Assembly (NCBI GenBank): GCA_964229255.1 | Contig: CAXRCX010000011.1 | Coordinates: forward strand, 141,546-205,545 | DNA length: 64,000 nt | Origin: Porticoccaceae bacterium | Lineage (GTDB): Bacteria > Pseudomonadota > Gammaproteobacteria > Pseudomonadales > Porticoccaceae | Direction of reading: 5' to 3' | Part shown: positions 52,770 to 63,214 of the stretch, in pieces | Numbering within the stretch: the first letter of the stretch is position 1 | Layout: every line of letters starts with the position of its first letter | The notes under the pieces: model-generated | Told to the model about the DNA's origin: nothing | Seen by the model: only the letters and a program-made list of their open reading frames with translations | Database searches by the model: none | Program-made: the position numbers and the translations under genes

Positions 52770-52903
52770 TGAAATTGAATAGATTCAGCAGGTAAATATA
52801 TATTATAAATTACGTTATATATTTTTTATATCTTACTGATTTTATTGATTATATAAATTTTTATTTTTAAGTTAGTTTAACTACATAAATGCTTTTTAAA
52901 TAG

Positions 52904-55780
52904 TTAATATGGAAACATATAGTGCTGATCAATCGATAAACGGCTATCAGCTGTTGAGTTTAAAGCGACATTGTCATTGGCATAGACCCACAATCTTCGC
53001 GGCTTAATCATCACTAATCGCTGATATGCAGCTTTAATTTCATCAACCGTGGCGACACTAATCGCCTGCCCTAGCTGCTGATGAAAATCAAAACTATGAT
53101 AGCCGAGGCTTATTGACTGAAGATGTCTTGCTTTGAGCTCTGACAGATTATCAGGAGACTTTTCAAGGTTAACTAAAAGCGCCCTTTTGTGCTTTTCGAG
53201 CTCCTCAGGGGTTAAATTTTCGACTTGCTGACTAAATGCACGATTAAACTGGTTAAACTCAGCCTTTAAACTCTTTACCGTTGCAACAGGTGATTGCACA
53301 AGCATACCAATACCAGCCACTCTATTTATCGGCATTGCAAAAGCTGAAACAACGTATCCAAGCTGCTTCTCAGTGCGTAATAAATTGTAGAACGGGGCTG
53401 ACATCATCTGTGACAACAGTCCCACCACAGCCCTTTCTTTGATACTCTCATTATCGGCCTGGATATATTGAATTAACACGCTGTCGCTGTGTTCAACAGC
53501 GATTGCATGGCTAATATCAGTTTGCTGTAACTTGGCCACTTTGGTTGTTAGAGACATATCGGCAAAATGCATACTATCAAGCTGCCTAATAACTCCATCA
53601 ACAGATTCAGAGCTGTGATTTCCTGTTATCAATAGCTTGGCATCGAACGAAGAAGTCAGCTGTGATGAGAACTTCTGTATCTGAGCAAAGCTTATCGCCT
53701 GCATCGCCTCAGCCTGATCAACAGGGGTCCACCTGCCCTGAACAATGGCGTAGAAAGAGGAAATGGCCTGCCTAAACGGATAATCGCGCTTGGTATTATT
53801 TTTTTCTCTTATTAATTGCTGCTTAATGAGTTCAAAACGCTGCCTGTCCCATTGCGGCTTAACCATTGCAGATACGATGCTATGCAACAATACTTGCTGC
53901 TTATCGGAATAGCCACTAATAACAATGGAGATCCCTTTTTCTGTGGCTGAAATGGAGTAGCTAAGACCAGCCATAATTGCTGGATATAGTTGCTCAATGA
54001 GCTGATCAGATATATAAGCAGAGTATAGCTTTGCCGATGACAAGCCGGCCAAACTCTGGCTCAACTCGGTGTTTAACAAAATAACAATTTTCGCCTTGGG
54101 AGAACCAAATTCACTGGTTTGATGATGCCACACTTTTAGGCCCGGCTGATTATGATACAGCGATGGTTTTGCGTAGTTCGAACCGTCGATCACCGCTAAA
54201 TCATCAGGTATAAACGGATTCGCCTGGGCCAGACTTAGCTCGAAAATAGAGGCGCCATCTTCAATTCGCTCAACAGTCTTATTATCTAGAGACTTGGATA
54301 AATATGGCGTTTGGTAATACTGAGAATTAGCTGTTACCTCAGCATCGGGAGATGTCACAAACATCAGCATATTATCTGGCGTCAACTGAGATATTATGGT
54401 TTTGATAATAGTGCCATCAAACTGTTCTGCAACATAGGGGGCACGCAATATCTCAGCATTTTTATACTGATGCATATTTCTCGCAACAGTTGTGACATAG
54501 GACGCTGGATCTTGTTTTTCGGCAAACCTAAAGGCTATTTCCCCCATAGCGGCATACTCACTGTGCCGCCATTCCTCAATACCCTCACGCGCAATCAAAT
54601 CTATCCAAGCAAAGAGCTCAATCAACACCTGCTCACGAGCCTTTAAGCCCGCGGGAGTAAGTCCAATATCAATGGCGAAAAGACCTGCACTGCGATCTTC
54701 GAGCACTGCCCCCGCAGAAAGGCTATCAGCCCAACCCTTTGCCTTTAATGCCTGGAGAAGGCTACCCTGCCCTTCATATCCAATCATAGCAGCCAAGTAA
54801 TCAGCGGGTTTTGACTGCCAATGGGAATTCAGCTTTGGCAGCTCAAACAGCAATCCGAGCTCTCTTGTGTCTTTTAAGGGCTTAATATTAACCTGCATTG
54901 GCAACTGTGATGGCTCGACATATCTTGCTTGATAGCCGTCAATAACTACCCGCTTATCTTTGATTGTAGAAAATCGCTCACGCACGATTTTTTCTAATTG
55001 GTGTAGCGGCTGTTTACCTAAAACCACTAATGTCATCAAATTTGCCGAGTAATATTTGTTGTAAAAGTCGATCAATTCATCGCGTACACTGGATTGCTTG
55101 TTATCACTGAGTGTTCCAAGGTTGCCAACGTTGAACTTCGAAATGGGATGCTTGGAATTAGCTATTTCCCTGAAGACATCCCACTGTCTCCTACCATCAT
55201 TTTTGTACTTTAACTGATACTCCGACTCCACTGCATTGCGCTCCCTGTCAACGAAACTAGCATCAAAAAGAGGATTGGTGAAAAATGGAGCGAACCTGTC
55301 GAGCGCCTCAGCTAGGTGCTCAGCATTGATATCGAAGAAGTAATTGGTATGCTCTAGGCCTGTGCTAGCGTTGTGACTGCCACCGTGCTCGCTAATAAAA
55401 GTTTGATAGAAATCTGGCTGAGGAAATTGCTCGGTGCCAAGAAATAACATATGCTCCAAAAAATGAGCCAAACCCTGCCGCTTCTCTGGATTTTGATAGC
55501 TTCCAATGTATAAGTCTAAGGCAGCTGCGGCCTTATCCGTAGCGGGATCAGATATAAGCAATACATCAAGATTATTGTCTAGGCGAAGTCGCTGGTATTG
55601 GCGCTCATCATTAGGGCTTTTTACCACCTGCATTGATTCTGTTTTAACTAACAATGAGCCACAGGACGCTGCAATCAGCATACAAAGGATCAAAGGCAAC
55701 CTGCCAGCTAATTTAGTTCGATTAAACCAAAGCGATATCCAGTTTTTTATAGGCATTGCAGTGGGGTATTTCCTTATCAA
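52904..55780 (-). CDS. ptrA: Insulinase/pitrilysin family (M16A) zinc peptidase
   Basis: VVKSPNDERQY, GLAHFLEHMLFLGT (HxxEH), NASTG, RERNAVESE, LRTEKQLGY; N-terminal signal. Start may be ATG at 55756. Confidence 0.88.
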   Translation of the reverse strand: MIRKYPTAMPIKNWISLWFNRTKLAGRLPLILCMLIAASCGSLLVKTESMQVVKSPNDERQYQRLRLDNNLDVLLISDPATDKAAAALDLYIGSYQNPEKRQGLAHFLEHMLFLGTEQFPQPDFYQTFISEHGGSHNASTGLEHTNYFFDINAEHLAEALDRFAPFFTNPLFDASFVDRERNAVESEYQLKYKNDGRRQWDVFREIANSKHPISKFNVGNLGTLSDNKQSSVRDELIDFYNKYYSANLMTLVVLGKQPLHQLEKIVRERFSTIKDKRVVIDGYQARYVEPSQLPMQVNIKPLKDTRELGLLFELPKLNSHWQSKPADYLAAMIGYEGQGSLLQALKAKGWADSLSAGAVLEDRSAGLFAIDIGLTPAGLKAREQVLIELFAWIDLIAREGIEEWRHSEYAAMGEIAFRFAEKQDPASYVTTVARNMHQYKNAEILRAPYVAEQFDGTIIKTIISQLTPDNMLMFVTSPDAEVTANSQYYQTPYLSKSLDNKTVERIEDGASIFELSLAQANPFIPDDLAVIDGSNYAKPSLYHNQPGLKVWHHQTSEFGSPKAKIVILLNTELSQSLAGLSSAKLYSAYISDQLIEQLYPAIMAGLSYSISATEKGISIVISGYSDKQQVLLHSIVSAMVKPQWDRQRFELIKQQLIREKNNTKRDYPFRQAISSFYAIVQGRWTPVDQAEAMQAISFAQIQKFSSQLTSSFDAKLLITGNHSSESVDGVIRQLDSMHFADMSLTTKVAKLQQTDISHAIAVEHSDSVLIQYIQADNESIKERAVVGLLSQMMSAPFYNLLRTEKQLGYVVSAFAMPINRVAGIGMLVQSPVATVKSLKAEFNQFNRAFSQQVENLTPEELEKHKRALLVNLEKSPDNLSELKARHLQSISLGYHSFDFHQQLGQAISVATVDEIKAAYQRLVMIKPRRLWVYANDNVALNSTADSRLSIDQHYMFPY

Positions 55781-55786
55781 GACCAG

Positions 55787-56848
55787 TTACTCTGACTGCA
55801 CAACTGTTCTCGGCCAAGCGTTGTAAATGGCTTTCACCAATGTAGCCAGAGGAATGGCAAAAAACAGCCCCCAAAAGCCCCATATACCACCAAAAATAAG
55901 CACTGCGATAACAATGGCTACAGGATGCAAATTTACTACCTCTGAAAAAAGTAGCGGCACCAGAACATTACCATCGATAATCTGAATGATTGCGTAAAGC
56001 CCTAGCAACCAGAAAAAATCATTGGTAAATCCCCACTGTAGGTAACCAACTAAAAGTACGGGGATAGTAACCAGTGTAGCTCCAATATATGGAATTAATA
56101 CCGAGAGTCCAACCAGAGAGGCCAAGAGTGCGGCGTATTTGAGATCGAGGAATAAAAATGTAATAAATGACACTGCGCCAACAATCAGAATTTCAATGGC
56201 CTTACCGCGAACATAATTGGCAAACTGCATATCCATTTCATCCCAGATAACCGTCATAACACGGCGTTCTTTTGGCAGCATATTGGAAATAAAACCCAAT
56301 AAAACATCCTTATCTTTCAGCATAAAGAATACCAGTAACGGCACTAAAAATAGATAAATCAAAATAGCCAAAAGGCTTGGGAAGCTGCTTATTGAAAGGC
56401 TTAGAAGCTGTTCAGCAAGATTTGCTACCTCTTCTGAAATCCTCGCAACAACAACCTGAATCTGTTCCGGACCTATATACTCTGAGGCTTTTTCTGGCAA
56501 TGAGCTCAATAGCTCTTTCAACTGCCCGACCATATTGGGCAATTCCTTTAACAACAGCGACGTCTGACGACCGACAATTGGCACTAAAACTACCAATACT
56601 GTAATAAATGACACCAAAAATAAAATATAGGCTGAAAGCACGGCAGCAATTTTTGATACACCATAGCGCCTGAGACTATTGACTACGCCCTGCAATAAAA
56701 ATGCAAAAATAAGCGCGGCAATTACAGGGCCTAAAACATCACCTAAGGTAGCGACTACAATAATTGAAGCAACAAGAAAAACACTTAATAGAACCGCCTC
56801 TTCAGTGCCGAAATACTGTGCCATCCACCTCTGCAAAACCTTCTTCAT
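55787..56848 (-). CDS. perM: AI-2E family transporter (PerM-like)
   Basis: Multi-TM, NYVRGK..E, LIPYIG, QIIDGNVLVPLLF, NLHP; divergent from bepA as in E. coli; likely start MKKVLQRW at 56848. Confidence 0.85.
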   Translation of the reverse strand: MKKVLQRWMAQYFGTEEAVLLSVFLVASIIVVATLGDVLGPVIAALIFAFLLQGVVNSLRRYGVSKIAAVLSAYILFLVSFITVLVVLVPIVGRQTSLLLKELPNMVGQLKELLSSLPEKASEYIGPEQIQVVVARISEEVANLAEQLLSLSISSFPSLLAILIYLFLVPLLVFFMLKDKDVLLGFISNMLPKERRVMTVIWDEMDMQFANYVRGKAIEILIVGAVSFITFLFLDLKYAALLASLVGLSVLIPYIGATLVTIPVLLVGYLQWGFTNDFFWLLGLYAIIQIIDGNVLVPLLFSEVVNLHPVAIVIAVLIFGGIWGFWGLFFAIPLATLVKAIYNAWPRTVVQSE

Positions 56849-57006
56849 GCTATCCCCATATTTAAAATAGAAATTTAGACTGCCAATATGGCATATTATC
56901 ACTCGATGATACAGTTATCATAAATGAAACCAATGGTTTTTTTTACTGTCAAAACCTATAAGTTGGGAGTTTCAGCTGAAAATGACACTTTACAATAAGA
57001 TAATTC

Positions 57007-58479
57007 ATGCCAAATCAACATTCTAAATATTTTGTTTTGATTAGATTGGCTGTGCTGTATTCTGCATTCTCGCTTTTAATCTTCTCTCTTAATAGCACTG
57101 CAGCAGATATAAAGCTGCCAATTCTTGGCGATAGCAGCTCTGGCATAGTGTCAAAGAGTCAAGAGTACAAACTCGGTAAAGCCTGGCTACAAGCATTTAG
57201 ACGCTATGTAGCACAGCATGACGACCCCCTTATTCAGTCTTATTTGGAGAAATTAACCTTTGATTTGGTAACCCAGAGTGAACTCGAGGATACTCGGCTG
57301 ACGCTAGTATTAGTCAACAACCCCAATATCAATGCTTTTGCTGTTCCCGGAGGTATTATTGGTGTGCACACTGGTATTTTTACCCATGCGGATAATGAAG
57401 ACCAATTAGCTTCAATTATTAGCCATGAAATTGCTCACCTTAGCCAGAGACACTTTGCTAGAGGTTTGGAAGCCAAGCGTAGCTCTGCTCATATCAATTT
57501 AGCCGGACTGTTGGCCACCATAGTTGTCAGCTCTAAAGCCGGAGCCGATGCAGGTATGGCCGCCCTATCAGCCACTCAAGCCCTTGCCGCCGACCAGCAG
57601 TTGCGCTATAGCAGAAATAACGAAAAAGAAGCTGATCGACTGGGCTTTAAAATAATGCAAAAAGCTGGTCGAAACCCTGCAGCATCTGCCGATATGCTGG
57701 AAAAAATGTTGGCCCTTACAAGGTACAAAGGGAGTCGATTACCCGAGTTTTTGTTGACCCATCCACTGACAGAAAAGCGTGTAACAGATACCCGCTCCAG
57801 AGCATTAAAATATCTCAATCGCCATTATCCCGATAACTTTGATTTTTATATTATGCAAGCGCGAGCAAAAGTCTTACATCAGGATAATCCCAATTACTCC
57901 ATAAAGTATTTCGGGCAGAAAATAGCATCGAATAGCTTGATAGCCGATGCCTATCACTACGCCCTTGCAATCGCACATTCACAAGCTGGCAACCACACGA
58001 AAGCCTCACAGCAAATAGCTAAATTGATACAAAATAAACCGAACTATTGGCCCTATATTTACACAGATATAGAAATTGATATCGCCGCTGGAAATTACAA
58101 ACAAGCAGCTGATAAATTAAACACTGAGCTAGCTCTTAATAGAGACAACTATCCACTGCTTAGACTGAAGGCAGATGCCCTGTGGAAATCCCATCAATAT
58201 CAGACATCGGCCAAGGTACTACATAAATTGACTGAGAAGCGACCAGAAGACCCAGTTCTCTGGTATCAGCTTGCCGAGATCAGTGGTCTTGCTGGGAATA
58301 TATCTGGGGTACATTTGGCAAGAGCGGAGTACTTTATTTTGATAGGCGCTCTTGATAATGCTGTACGACAGTTGAATTTTGCCAAGAAACTTCTAACAAA
58401 TGATGTAAAAAGACTGGCTATTTTGGAACAGCGCTTAATTGAAATTGCAGAAATGGAAAAGAATCTCAATAAGCTTTAA
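57007..58479 (+). CDS. bepA: Periplasmic M48 metalloprotease/chaperone BepA (YfgC)
   Basis: Signal peptide, [35 protein letters not shown]-like C-terminus. Confidence 0.9.
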   Translation: MPNQHSKYFVLIRLAVLYSAFSLLIFSLNSTAADIKLPILGDSSSGIVSKSQEYKLGKAWLQAFRRYVAQHDDPLIQSYLEKLTFDLVTQSELEDTRLTLVLVNNPNINAFAVPGGIIGVHTGIFTHADNEDQLASIISHEIAHLSQRHFARGLEAKRSSAHINLAGLLATIVVSSKAGADAGMAALSATQALAADQQLRYSRNNEKEADRLGFKIMQKAGRNPAASADMLEKMLALTRYKGSRLPEFLLTHPLTEKRVTDTRSRALKYLNRHYPDNFDFYIMQARAKVLHQDNPNYSIKYFGQKIASNSLIADAYHYALAIAHSQAGNHTKASQQIAKLIQNKPNYWPYIYTDIEIDIAAGNYKQAADKLNTELALNRDNYPLLRLKADALWKSHQYQTSAKVLHKLTEKRPEDPVLWYQLAEISGLAGNISGVHLARAEYFILIGALDNAVRQLNFAKKLLTNDVKRLAILEQRLIEIAEMEKNLNKL

Positions 58480-59534
58480 CTGGCGCGCTTGAAGTTCATC
58501 ATTCGATCGAGGGCTGTAGTGGCAAGTTCAGCCACTTTATTGTCAACGTTTATTTCACCACTACCCTGTTGAAGACACTGCAACAAATTTTGCAGGCTAT
58601 TCATTCCCATCCATGGACAATTAGCACAGCTCCTGCAAGTAGCGCCACTACCCGCTGTGGGAGCGATAATCAGCTGCTTATGGGGAACCGCTTGTTGCAT
58701 TTTGTAAAAAATACCTTGATCAGTGGCAACAATTAACTTTTCTTGTGGCAAACTTTTTGCCGCGGCAATTAGTTGGGATGTAGAGCCAACCACATCGGCA
58801 ATTTCAACCACAGACTGCGGGGATTCAGGATGAACTAAAACGGCGCTGTCTGGATGAACTTGCACAAGATCAGAAATACCTTTTGCTTTAAACTCTTCAT
58901 GCACAATACAGCTGCCATTCCACATCAGCATATCAGCACCAGTTTGCTGCTCTACATATGCTCCAAGGTATTTATCGGGCGCCCAAATAATTTTTTCCCC
59001 GAGGGAATCGAGGTGCTCAACAACATCAACTGCAATGCTCGAGGTTACTACCCAATCTGCCCGCGCTTTGACCTTAGCCGAGGTATTGGCATAGACCACA
59101 ACCGTTCGATCGGGATGCTGATCACAAAACTCCGTGAATTCGTCCGCCGGACAACCCACATCTAGTGAACAGGTTGCCTCGAGCGTGGGCATCAATACTG
59201 TTTTGTTAGGGGTGAGGATTTTCGCCGTCTCACCCATAAACTTAACACCCGCAACAATTAGTTTTTCGGCGCTGTGTTTACTGCCAAAACGGGCCATTTC
59301 AAGGGAGTCTGCAACCACACCACCAGTCTCTTCTGCCAGAGCCTGTATAAGTGGGTCTGTGTAATAGTGAGCGACAATGACGGCATTTTTCTCTCTCAAT
59401 AGCTGCTTTACTTGGTGGCTAATAGCATCAAGCTGATCTGCAGGCAACGGCTCTTCAACTGTGACCTTACTGAGAAACTCCTGAACTAGGGCGCTCGAAT
59501 TTTGTCTAGACATAGAATTTTGGTCTTGGCGCAT
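58476..59534 (-). CDS. nadA: Quinolinate synthase
   Basis: [48 protein letters not shown]. Start 59534 or 59513 uncertain. Confidence 0.96.
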   Translation of the reverse strand: MRQDQNSMSRQNSSALVQEFLSKVTVEEPLPADQLDAISHQVKQLLREKNAVIVAHYYTDPLIQALAEETGGVVADSLEMARFGSKHSAEKLIVAGVKFMGETAKILTPNKTVLMPTLEATCSLDVGCPADEFTEFCDQHPDRTVVVYANTSAKVKARADWVVTSSIAVDVVEHLDSLGEKIIWAPDKYLGAYVEQQTGADMLMWNGSCIVHEEFKAKGISDLVQVHPDSAVLVHPESPQSVVEIADVVGSTSQLIAAAKSLPQEKLIVATDQGIFYKMQQAVPHKQLIIAPTAGSGATCRSCANCPWMGMNSLQNLLQCLQQGSGEINVDNKVAELATTALDRMMNFKRAS

Positions 59535-59543
59535 AAACAAGAT

Positions 59544-59657
59544 TTATAGAGTGGACAACCAGTAAACCACACCAGTTATTAAAATTAATACAACAGCAAT
59601 GGAAGCAACAGCATCAGCTGACGCATCGCCATCATTTTGATTATTTAAATCTGACAT
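59544..59657 (-). CDS. Uncalled 37-aa single-pass membrane peptide
   Basis: Manual translation MSDLNNQNDGDASADAVASIAVVLILITGVVYWLSTL*; AGGAAAG Shine-Dalgarno 5 nt before ATG; stop lies 9 nt before the nadA ATG at 59534. Confidence 0.72.
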   Translation of the reverse strand: MSDLNNQNDGDASADAVASIAVVLILITGVVYWLSTL

Positions 59658-59867
59658 TAAAACTTTCCTACAAGATTATCTAATGGATTGAGACTGTGTT
59701 GATATTAGCATTATTTTAACAAGCATTTATCAAGCTGTCTCGCCAAAATGCTAAATAGACTTTTTATTACTTTTAATTTGCAACTTATAGGGAAATATTA
59801 ATTTAAAAGCGCTGTGTCAATCTGTATCATTGCGGTCTTTCAACAATAATGTTGCAGAAACTAATAG

Positions 59868-61532
59868 ATGTACAAATACGATAATTACGACCATAAAATT
59901 GTAAATGAGCGCGTAGAGCAATTTAGAGATCAAACTCAACGCTATCTTGCAGGAGAAATTGCCGATGAAGAATTTCTGCCTCTGCGCCTCCAGAATGGGC
60001 TCTATGTTCAACGGTTAGCCCCAATGCTGAGAATTGCCGTTCCCTACGGCATGCTCTCCAGTCGCCAAGTTAGAAAGTTAGCCCATATTTCTCGCGTTTA
60101 TGACAAAGGTTATGTGCATTTCACTACACGACAAAATATCCAGTTAAACTGGCCGGCCCTTGAGGAAGTACCCGATATTCTTGCCGAGCTTGCCGAAGTA
60201 GAGATGCACGCCATTCAAACCAGCGGCAACTGCATTCGCAATACAACCACCGATCAATTTGCCGGCGTTGCTAAAGATGAGATCGAAGATCCTCGCCCTT
60301 GGTGTGAACTGATTCGTCAGTGGTCGACAATACACCCTGAATTCGCTTTTTTACCGCGCAAATTTAAAATTGCTGTCTGTGGTTCAGAAGAAGATCGTGC
60401 CGCATTTTTGTTGCATGATATTGGCCTACAGCTAGTTAAGGGTGATAATGGAGAAGTAGGTTTTGAGGTTTTTGTTGGTGGCGGTCTCGGTCGAACGCCA
60501 ATTATTGGGTCGTCTATTAGAAAGTTCTTGCCCGGGAAACACCTTTTATCCTATTTGGATGCAATTGTTCGGGTATATAACCGCTATGGCAACCGCGATA
60601 ACAAATACAAGGCACGAATCAAAATACTGGTGAAAGCTTGGACACCTGAAGTTTTTGCTCAGCGCGTCGAGGAAGAATGGCAACACTTGAAAGACGGCCC
60701 CTCAACATTGACTGATGCTGAGTTTTCCAGGGTTAAAGGCTTCTTTACCCTGCCCGATTATCAGATAGTCGATGGGGCTGAGTCCACAGCTAAACTCTCC
60801 GCGATTGCATCAGAGAATACCGCTTTCAGTCGTTGGCTAGATCGCAATACTCAGCCTCAAAAGCAAGTGGGTTACAGATCGGTAACACTCTCTCTTAAAC
60901 CAGCGGGAGTTGCCCCAGGCGACGTGACAGACAAACAGCTCGAGACCATAGCCGAGCTTGCAGACCGCTATTCCTTCGGTGAAATGCGAGCGACGCACAA
61001 TCAAAATGTGGTTCTTACAGATGTAATTGAATCTGATCTGTTCTCTCTGTGGCAACAGGCTAAGGAGTCAGGTTTAGCAACACCAAATATAGGAACTATC
61101 AACGATATGATTTGCTGCCCGGGGGGCGACTACTGCTCGCTAGCAAATGCTAAGTCGATTCCCGTGGCAGAAGCCATTCAGCGCAAGTTCTCCGATCTTG
61201 ATTATGTCTATGATCTGGGTGACTTGGAACTCAATATATCTGGCTGTATGAATGCCTGTGGCCACCATCATATTGGCCATATAGGCATTCTAGGTGTCGA
61301 TAAAAAGGGTAAGGAGTGGTACCAGATCCAATTAGGTGGAAGTGCCAACAAAAATGCCTCTCTAGGCAAGGTTCTCGGCCCATCCCTATCGCGCGATCAA
61401 ATAACCGACGGCATTGAGAAGTTACTGGACGTCTATGTTGAAAATCGCATTGCCGATGAAAGCTTTCTAAGCACCTACCAACGCATTGGCATTGAGAAAT
61501 TTAAGGAAAGAGTTTATGCCCCAAGTACTTAA
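59868..61532 (+). CDS. cysI: Sulfite reductase hemoprotein (Pseudomonas-type CysI; nitrite/sulfite reductase family)
   Basis: LRLQNGLY, HFTTRQN.Q, SGNCIRN, LPRKFK, siroheme/4Fe-4S ligands CPGGDYCSLA and SGCMNACG. Confidence 0.92.
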   Translation: MYKYDNYDHKIVNERVEQFRDQTQRYLAGEIADEEFLPLRLQNGLYVQRLAPMLRIAVPYGMLSSRQVRKLAHISRVYDKGYVHFTTRQNIQLNWPALEEVPDILAELAEVEMHAIQTSGNCIRNTTTDQFAGVAKDEIEDPRPWCELIRQWSTIHPEFAFLPRKFKIAVCGSEEDRAAFLLHDIGLQLVKGDNGEVGFEVFVGGGLGRTPIIGSSIRKFLPGKHLLSYLDAIVRVYNRYGNRDNKYKARIKILVKAWTPEVFAQRVEEEWQHLKDGPSTLTDAEFSRVKGFFTLPDYQIVDGAESTAKLSAIASENTAFSRWLDRNTQPQKQVGYRSVTLSLKPAGVAPGDVTDKQLETIAELADRYSFGEMRATHNQNVVLTDVIESDLFSLWQQAKESGLATPNIGTINDMICCPGGDYCSLANAKSIPVAEAIQRKFSDLDYVYDLGDLELNISGCMNACGHHHIGHIGILGVDKKGKEWYQIQLGGSANKNASLGKVLGPSLSRDQITDGIEKLLDVYVENRIADESFLSTYQRIGIEKFKERVYAPST

Positions 61533-62010
61533 GGATAACGCGGTTGTAGAGGACATTTGGATTACTCTAGAGGACACAACAACAGCTGCAGAGTCGCTGC
61601 CCGAGGGCAACTTGCTGCTTACCTACAATCAGTGGCTGGAGTTTTCTGCTCAATTAAATAACCGCGATGGACACATCGGGGTTATTATTGATGGCAATGC
61701 CGAGATTGAGGAAATAATTCAGCCTCTGCTAGACCTGCCCCTCATAGCTATCAATTTCCCCAAATTTGTCGATGGTCGCGCCTTTTCGACTGCAAGATTA
61801 TTGCGGGAACGCTATAACTACAGCGGTGAAATTCGAGCTGTTGGCGGTTTTATTCGCGATCAGTTATATTTGCTCAGTCGTTGCGGATTTAATGCATTTA
61901 AATTTGATGATACAACTGATTTAACTGCCTGTGCTGCGTCACTTCAGGACTTTTCTGAATCTTATCAAGTTAGTGCTGACCAAGAAAATCCGCTTTTTAG
62001 AAGGCGATAA
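61516..62010 (+). CDS. DUF934 family protein (CysI partner)
   Basis: IAINFPKFVDGRAFSTARLLRERY, GEIRAVG, DQLYLLSRCGF, YQ; overlaps the cysI stop; ATG at 61516. Confidence 0.9.
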   Translation: MPQVLKDNAVVEDIWITLEDTTTAAESLPEGNLLLTYNQWLEFSAQLNNRDGHIGVIIDGNAEIEEIIQPLLDLPLIAINFPKFVDGRAFSTARLLRERYNYSGEIRAVGGFIRDQLYLLSRCGFNAFKFDDTTDLTACAASLQDFSESYQVSADQENPLFRRR

Positions 62011-62046
62011 ATAAGTTTTAGTCTAATCAACAAGCAGGTTTAACCT

Positions 62047-63213
62047 ATGGATCAGCACGTTGTTTTTATCTTTTTCCTTATTTTTACTGGCGGAGCTCTT
62101 TTAGCTTCACTGGCGCTGTTTGGTCGACAGCCACTTCTTGTTGCTTATATCGCTTTGGGTGCCCTCCTCGGCCCCTACGGACTCAGTTGGGTATCTGATG
62201 TTGAGCTTATCGCGCAAATATCATCGATTGGGATTGTTTTTTTGCTATTTTTACTCGGCTTAGATATGCAACCGCAATCTCTGCTGAAGGTTTTAAAACA
62301 AGTTGCCCCCATCACTCTATTTAGCTCGCTTTTATTTGCTATTATCGGTTTTGCCTTAGCCTATATATTCGGTTTTAGCCTAATAGAGTGCGCCATTATC
62401 GGTTCAGCCATGATGTTCTCAAGTACCATTATTGGCATTAAACTTTTGCCTACTACTGCATTGCATCACCGCCATTCGGGTGAATTGATGGTGGGCATGT
62501 TGCTTATGCAGGATTTTTTGGCCATCGCGGTGCTTTTGGTATTACTGTCTGCCAGCTCGAGTGAAAATGGTATATCGAGTTTGGCGATCAGTATTATTGC
62601 CCTTCCCGCACTTGTGGCCTGCGCGATGTTTCTGGTTCGCTATTTATTACAACCTTTATTTAGTCGCTTTGATCGTATAGGCGAATATATATTCCTGTTA
62701 ACTATTGGCTGGTGCCTGGGAATTGCTGAGCTGGCCGAGGTGATAGGCCTATCAAAAGAAATCGGCGCCTTTATTGCGGGCATCTCCCTAGCTACCAGCC
62801 CTATAGCTCAGTATATCGCGCTTAATCTAAAGCCCCTGAGAGACTTCTTTTTAATACTTTTCTTCTTTTCATTGGGTGGGGGTTTTGATCTATCTCTACT
62901 TCCATCTATCGCGCTTCCGGCTATTATTTTGGCAATAATTATGCTGACTTTAAAACCTGTGGTTTATCGCTATTTGTTGCGCTCACAAAGCGAGAGCAAT
63001 AGTCTCTCATGGGATATTGGATTTAGACTTGGGCAAAACAGTGAGTTTTCTCTTCTTATTGCCTATATGGCCTTTGGCACTCAGTTGATTGGCAGCGATG
63101 CCTCGCATTTAATTCAGGCGACAGCCATTATTACCTTTTTGATATCTAGCTATATTGTTGTATTTAATTTCCCCAACCCAATCGCCGTCAGCGAACGATT
63201 GAGAAGAGATTAG
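62047..63213 (+). CDS. Cation:proton antiporter, CPA2 family, without KTN domain
   Basis: GIVFLLFLLGL, FSSTIIGIKLL, LLMQD, GAFIAG, LRDFF, LGQNSEFSL; ~12 TM segments. Confidence 0.85.
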   Translation: MDQHVVFIFFLIFTGGALLASLALFGRQPLLVAYIALGALLGPYGLSWVSDVELIAQISSIGIVFLLFLLGLDMQPQSLLKVLKQVAPITLFSSLLFAIIGFALAYIFGFSLIECAIIGSAMMFSSTIIGIKLLPTTALHHRHSGELMVGMLLMQDFLAIAVLLVLLSASSSENGISSLAISIIALPALVACAMFLVRYLLQPLFSRFDRIGEYIFLLTIGWCLGIAELAEVIGLSKEIGAFIAGISLATSPIAQYIALNLKPLRDFFLILFFFSLGGGFDLSLLPSIALPAIILAIIMLTLKPVVYRYLLRSQSESNSLSWDIGFRLGQNSEFSLLIAYMAFGTQLIGSDASHLIQATAIITFLISSYIVVFNFPNPIAVSERLRRD

Positions 63214-63214
63214 A

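Noticed and set aside
59690-59741. Imperfect long inverted repeat between the microprotein gene and cysI
   Set aside because: Checked as a possible SAM/sulfur riboswitch; no conserved riboswitch motifs recognised, and the stem is interrupted.
59868-62010. cysI with DUF934 but no cysJ
   Set aside because: Known Pseudomonas-type arrangement (ferredoxin/Fpr-fed sulfite reductase); not novel.
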